Below, piece after piece: positions 27,930-33,779 of a stretch of DNA of 33,779 nucleotides. The notes under the pieces are model-generated. The model did no database searches and was not told the DNA's origin. It saw only the letters and a program-made list of their open reading frames with translations. Position numbers and translations under genes: made by a program. The DNA is from Nemertoderma westbladi (lineage: Eukaryota; Animalia; Xenacoelomorpha). Each line of letters starts with the position of its first letter. Positions within the stretch are counted from its first letter, which is position 1. The stretch is from NCBI GenBank assembly GCA_032718475.1, contig JAUCBJ010007425.1:1-33779 (forward strand), in the 5' to 3' direction.

Positions 27930-30860
27930 GCTGCGGCGGCTGATCAGTGTAGCCAGCAGGACCACCTGCTCTACACCTGGGACCGGAACTCCGGCCACCA
28001 CTTCCTGGTGGACACAGGCGCCCAGGTCAGCGTCTTCCCGGCCACCTGCTTCGACAGGCGCTCTGGCGGGGCCGGACCTCCGCGCGGGCTGTCAACGACA
28101 GATCCGCTCCTACGGCACCCGAGTGATCCCCCTTCTCTTCGGCGGACGTCGCTACATATACAACTTCATCGTCGCCGACGTCCCCCAACCATTGCTGGGC
28201 GCGGATTTCCTCTGCGACAATTCCCTGATGGTCGATGTTAAAGGGCAACAACTAGTCGACATGGAAACCTTCCAGCCTATCCCTCTCCATTGCTCTGTCT
28301 CCACTCCAGGGAACGCGCCCTCAACTAGCGTTGGCTACAATCAACCGGGTCTACGCCGACCTCCTGGCCGAGTTTCCAACCATAACGACCCCGACATTCT
28401 CGGAGTCGTCGACCCGCCACGGTATGGAGCACCACATCGAAACAATGGGTCGGCCTGTCCATGCCCGAGCCCGCCAGCTTCCCCCTGATAAACTCGAGAT
28501 CGCTCGGGAGGAGTTCCGGAAGATGGAGGCGATGGGCATCATCCGGCGCTCCGACAGCCCCTGGTCATCTCCCCTCCACATGGTGCCTAAGCCGAGCAGA
28601 GGCTGGCGGCCCTGAGGAGACTATAGGCTTCTCAATAACGCCACGACCCCAGATCGCTACCCGGTCCCCCACATCCAGGACTTCTCAGCGCGTCTCGCCA
28701 GTGCCACGATCTTCTCTAAGATCGATCCTCGTGGCCAGCTCGTCTCCTGAGGAGCACCTTAACCACCTCCACCAACTCTTCCGGCAGCTGCGAGACAATA
28801 GCCTCATCGTCAATGTGGCCAACTGTGAGTTCGGGGTGGACAGCCTCACCTTCCTTGGCCACCACATCACCCGCCACGGTGCCCAACCACTTCCAGCCAA
28901 GGTGGAGGCCATCAGCTCATTCCCTCCCCCATCCATTTATCCATTTATCGGCATGGTGACCTTCTACCACCAATTTATTCCCACAGCCGCTGCCATCATG
29001 CAACCCCTCTATGCGGTTGTTGCTGGCAGTGGCAAGGAGGTTGATTGGACGCCCAAACTCCTAGCGGCATTCAACTCTTCGAAACAGGCCCTGGCCGACG
29101 CCACCATGCTGGTCCACCCCCACTATGATGCCCCCACTGCCATCACTACCGACGCATCCGACACCGCTGTTGGTGCCGCCCTCGAGCAATGGATCAACGG
29201 GAAGTGGCAGCCACTTGCCTTCTTCAGTCGGCAGCTCCAGCCTCCCGAGAAGAAATACAGTGCCTTCGACCGCGAGCTCTTGGGCCTGTATTTAGCGATT
29301 CGTCACTTCCGCTACTTCCTCGAGGGCCTACACCGACCACAAACCACTTACCCAGGCATTCGGGAAGGTCAGTGACCCCTGGTCCCCCGTCAGCAGCGCC
29401 ACCTGGCCTACGTGTCCGAATTCACGACCAACATTCGGCATATTGATGGGAAGGACAACCAGGTGGCAGATGCCCTCTCCTGTGGTTTTGTCAGGCACAT
29501 ATCGACCACACTCGGCCTCGACTATGTTGCCTTGTCGGCCGCTCAAACCACCGACAGCGATATTGTGGCCCTCCATGTGACTCCTGGTGGTCTAGTCTTG
29601 ACTGATATCAACTTCTCGACAGATGGTGTCACCCTCCTATGCGACGTCTCAACTGGGATCGCACGCCCAGTAGTGCCCAACTCGTGGCATCGACGTGTTT
29701 TCGACATCATCCACTCCCTGTCGCACCCCTCGATCAGGGCCACTCGGAAACTCATATCCGAGAAATTCGTATTGCGTGGCCTCTCCAAGAAGGTGTCCAT
29801 CTGGACCAAGTCATGTGTCTCTTGTCAGGCCTCCAAGGTCCAGCGCCACACAAAGGCCCCTCTCGAGCCCTTCAAAGTCCCTCGGCGTCGGTTTGACCAC
29901 ATCAACGTCGACCTGGTCAGCCCCCTACCACCATCCCAGGGGTTCACCTACCTGCTCACCATCGTTGACAGGACGACTCGCTGGCCCGAGACGATTCCCG
30001 TCACCGACTCTACCACCCCCACTTGCACTCGTGCCCTGGTTTTCCACTGGGTCATCTGGTTTGGCATCCCAGCCGAACTGACGTCCGATCGTGGTGCCCA
30101 GTTCACCTCAGAATTGTGGTCTGAATTGAACCGTCTCCTCAGTATTAACCTCCACCGGACGACCGCCTATCACCCGCAGGCCAACGGTCTGGTGGAGAGG
30201 TTTCACCGGTCCCTCAAGGCCTCCCTCCGGTCCCGACTCTCCGGACCCAACTGGGTTGATGAACTCCCGTGGGCCCTCCTCGGCTACCGGACAGCCCCCA
30301 AGGAGGACCTCCACAGCTCATCGGCTGAGCTGGTCTATGGCGCACCTCTGACGGTGCCTGGCGATTTCGTCGCCTCGCCCTCTGACTCGCCACACTCAAC
30401 AGCCTTCCTTCCGGGCCTTCACAACCACGGCCGACAGTTCGTGCCTACACCAATATCTCGTCATGGCCAAACTGGTTCGTTGGTCCCTCCCCTCCTTACT
30501 TCTTATCCATACGTGTTTGTGCGCACTGACACACACCACGGCCCCTTACAGAGACCCTACACGGGGCCTTACAAGGTCCTGGAGCACGGGGCCAAGACCT
30601 TCAAAGTCGAGATGGGTGGCCGGCAAGAGACTATATCACCATTGACACCCTAAAGCCGGCCCATCTCAATATCGACCAACCTGTGACTGTTGCCATCCCA
30701 CCGCATTGTGGTCGGCTGCGTAAACCACTGGCATCAGCCCCACCCATTCCTCCCACTCAAGGCCACCCTGTGTCTACTTCTGGTCCTTTAGTGACTCAAC
30801 CCGAGTCTACAGGGCAGACATGCAGTGGACGTCTGGTCAGACGACCAGACTACTTCTACT
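27930..30860 (+). pseudogene. Gypsy pol (protease, RT, RNase H, integrase), multiple frameshifts and internal RT deletion
   Basis: FLVDTGAQVS, SPWSSPLHMVPK, DRYPVPHI, then FSKID joined directly to ILVAS near 28725 (YxDD segment deleted), TTDASD, YSAFDRELL, HSLSHP..C..C, TSDRGAQF, YHPQANGLVER, GPY. Confidence 0.92.
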
Positions 30861-30872
30861 AGTTACGGTTCT

Positions 30873-30880
30873 GGGGGGAG
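30873..30880 (+). promoter_or_regulatory. Gypsy polypurine tract
   Basis: GGGGGGAG, 3 nt before the 3' LTR. Confidence 0.8.
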
Positions 30881-30988
30881 CTGTGTAGTGGTACTATCAT
30901 ACTGATGCTACACTGCTAGTGGTTGCACACGAACCGTAGCGTCCTTTGACTGACCTACCGGTACCGTACTACTTTACTCACTTGTACC

Positions 30989-32152
30989 TGTTCACGCTTT
31001 CAGACCTTTAGCAGTTTAACCTGCCAATTTTAGGTGTCCTCTTGTTTATAAATCGACTTTAGCCTATAACAAGTATTTAGTGCACATAAAGTTACATTAG
31101 CCAAAGCCAGTCTATGCGCGATCATTCACCCACTGTTAAGGGAGACTGGATTCGGATGCTTTGAAGTGATTGCGGTGCAGACCTACTGTATTATTCGATT
31201 GATCGTTACTATATAATCTCTGACAAATATATTTACTTTCGGGGAAATAATAACAGTTCCTTTAGGACGTGGCGCTTTAAGTATATAAACAGAGTTATGA
31301 CTTATACTAATCACAACTAGATGGCTACTGAGTTTCGTAAATAGCGCATTCTTTAGAAGATGCTTTATTATCTGTCACACTACTGCACACTGATCTGCCG
31401 ACCGTCACTGAATTTGATCATATATAAGGAGGATAGCAACTGACACATGTAGGGATTATGAAATAGCATTTAATTCACACAAAAACCACTATAATGTAAG
31501 TCGCAATTGCTACAGGTAACCGGTCCCTCTTACCTTCAGTAATCAAGAAGATTGTGGGTTTTATGATTATTTATCGGTATTCTCCAAATATAACAACATA
31601 TCCATCAATATACAACAATTAATAACAGACAGTAAACAGAAGTAAAATAATGCGGTGAAAGTCAGTATGTCGGTAGGTGATCGGTAGTACCGCAGTGCAG
31701 TTTGCATTGATGCCAAGTCCAGTAGTTGAGTTGAGATAATAGATTTACGTTCCTGTAATCAAAGCCATCTAATGTTTGGCCAAAGTCTGAAACTTCTACA
31801 TAAGCACAGAAGAATTCCAAGCCGATGTTCTGAGGCTCAGAAAAGGTAAACAAAGCCCGTAATGCATTGCGCGGTTTTCCGTAGGCCTCTGTACAAGACA
31901 AAATGAAAATCGCTCTGATTGGCTGAGCAGAACAAAGAGAGGTTCCACGTTTACAGTAAATCAGCTGACAGATTTCGTCATCTGAGTTCCAGTCTTTTAG
32001 AGTACTAGGCGCATTGCGGCAGAAAATGCCTTGTTATGTCCGTTAAAGCACCTACACGGTACATTGCGGAGAAAATGACTTATGTCCGCTAAAGCACCTA
32101 CACGGTATATTGCGGAGAAAAATGACTTGTTATGTCCGCAAAAGCTTTTACA
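30989..32152 (-). mobile_element. Solo LTR of a BEL family related to the 13147-25627 element
   Basis: tgttcacgctttcagacc...gcttttaca termini, 5-bp TSD GTACC (30984-30988 and 32153-32157), and colinear conserved blocks shared with the BEL LTRs. Confidence 0.92.
32012..32146. repeat. ~47-bp tandem repeat x3 in solo-LTR U3
   Basis: cattgcggagaaaatgacttgttatgtccgctaaagcacctacacggta-like units. Confidence 0.88.
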
Positions 32153-33104
32153 GTACCCATCTGTACTGCTGTATGTAGAAGCTACGTACTAACCGATTTA
32201 GTTACTCCGCTTCAAGACCATGTTCTATATAAATTTACAGCCTAATTTGCAATAATTATTGCAGTAACTGTCAGCAGACAAGCACCATTTACTTTATTAT
32301 GTTAATCTTCTCCAAGTTTAACTTGAAGGTTTATTTTTCGCGTAATTCAAGGAATTCCCCATGCCGAAGATGGTTCCTTTCCGTTGCAGTTTGCCGTAAC
32401 CTACCTTTTGGTTATTTTTTGTTTTATTGCCAATAATCGTTTTCTGGGTTCAAAACTAAATTTTTACAATTTACAAAGAATGAAAATTTGCCCCCTTATT
32501 TTATGTCAGGTTCATTGTAATTACTCGCATGTTTTGACTATTTATTGCACTATCCTGCCATATACTAATTTCCAGTTTTGTTTGATCTCTCAGATGGCTG
32601 CACACATCAATAGGGTTGGTGCGCGAAAAATTGTTGGGCTAGAAACAATTGAATAAGGGGTAGGAACGTGCCCTGAATCGAGTGGCGGGGTGTGTTTTTT
32701 GTAAAAACTCGATAACTCGATGAAACGAGCGGGTTTAAGTAAGTGGCAGCCAATTTTGAAAATCGGCTGTGATTGGCTGCTACCAAGGCGTTCTTTACTA
32801 AAGTTCTTTAGTAAAGAACGCCTTGAGATACCTTGAGATATTTTCGATCGATTCAAATCGAATACACATTAAATCTCAATCATTTCACACGTGGCATATA
32901 TTTGAGATATTAGAGCTTTTTCGAAAATACGAATTATTGGTTTTAATTAAAAAAGTTTAAGGGTTGAAATTCTCAAACTCTGACATAATGATAGCAATCA
33001 TAAATGTAATGTGAAAAAGTTAAATAAAACAGCATTGAAAAATTAATTTATCCTTTCTTTATAACGATTATAACTTTTGGGGTTCAAGTTTCCCTCACTC
33101 ATCC

Positions 33105-33779
33105 TACTGTAGTAGCGACTAGAGTTAGCTATCACAGTGGCCATGATATGGCCTCTACTGTAGTAATAGCGACTAGAGTTACACAGGGTGACAGGAGTTA
33201 GTTATCAGAGAGTGGCCATGACATGGCCTACTGTAATAGCGACTAGAGTTACACAGGGTGACAGGAGTTAGCTATCAGAGTGGCCATGACATGGCATACT
33301 GTAGTAGCGACTAGAGTTACACAGGGTGACAGGAGTTAGTTATCAGAGAGTGGCCATGACATGGCATACTGTAGTAGCGACTAGAGTTACACAGACAGAG
33401 TGACAGGAGTTAGCTATCACAGTGGCCATGACATGGTCTACTGTAGTAATAGCGACTAGAGCTACACAGGGTGACAGGAGTTAGTTATCAGAGAGTGGCC
33501 ATGACATGGCATACTGTAGTAGCGACTAGAGTTACACAGGGTGACAAGAGTTAGTTATCAGAGAGTGGCCATGACATGGCATACTGTAGTAGCGACTAGA
33601 GTTACACAGACAGAGTGACAGGAGTTAGCTATCAGAGTGGCCATGACATGGCCTACAACTCTAGTAGCGACTAGAGTTACACAGGGTGACAGGAGTTAGT
33701 TATCAGAGTGGCCATGACATGGCATACTGTAGTAGCGACTAGAGTTACACAGGGTGACAGGAGTTAGCTATCAGAGTGG
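33105..33779. repeat. ~70-bp satellite array, continues past window end
   Basis: About ten units of tactgtagtagcgactagagttacacagggtgacaggagttagttatcagagagtggccatgacatggca. Confidence 0.96.

Larger units (their letters stand above)
26983..32214 (+). mobile_element. Decayed Ty3/Gypsy LTR retrotransposon, CsRN1/Kabuki/Boudicca-type
   Basis: Short TG...CA LTRs, 4-bp TSD AGAC (26979-26982 and 32215-32218), tRNA-Trp PBS, CHCC-type gag motif, PR-RT-RH-IN order. Confidence 0.92.
30884..32214 (+). repeat. Gypsy 3' LTR (162 bp when reconstituted), interrupted by a solo LTR
   Basis: 30884-30988 plus 32158-32214 rejoin at the GTACC duplication. Confidence 0.9.
26784..33104. mobile_element. Non-autonomous TIR DNA element (about 1.1 kb after removing the nested Gypsy)
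   Basis: 21-bp inverted termini gggtgagtgagggagacttga (26784-26804) and tcaagtttccctcactcatcc (33084-33104), matching at 19/21. It sits at a satellite unit junction, with no clean TSD and no transposase. Confidence 0.65.

Noticed and set aside
27226-30645. Many short overlapping ORFs on both strands
   Set aside because: They are alternative-frame products of GC-rich Gypsy sequence; only the gag and pol fragments carry motifs.
33105-33779. CRISPR-like array
   Set aside because: Whole units repeat with no unique spacers, there are no cas genes, and the context is eukaryotic.

Overview
AT-rich eukaryotic (metazoan-type) DNA, almost entirely retrotransposons, around one intronless UHRF1-family gene (4925-7429, minus). 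From left to right: (1) the 3' part of a Penelope-like element (RT plus GIY-YIG) with a minimal hammerhead ribozyme; (2) UHRF1 with an expanded, apparently cage-degenerate tandem Tudor domain; (3) a PHD-APE-RT LINE (about 8875-26218, minus), split by a 12.5-kb BEL/Pao LTR element (13147-25627, TSD ATAAC, near-identical 1.24-kb LTRs) whose intact 1675-aa ORF lacks RT and integrase; (4) a four-level nest: a 70-bp satellite, split by a TIR element, split by a decayed CsRN1-type Gypsy, whose 3' LTR carries a BEL-type solo LTR. Most notable: the BEL element has no tRNA-type PBS but has a 12-nt perfect complement of its PBS position inside its own LTR (candidate self-priming), plus covarying RNA structures. 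TA-flanked micro-insertions resembling Tc1/mariner excision footprints are frequent, and removing two of them exactly repairs the LINE frameshift. All alignments and folds were done by eye.
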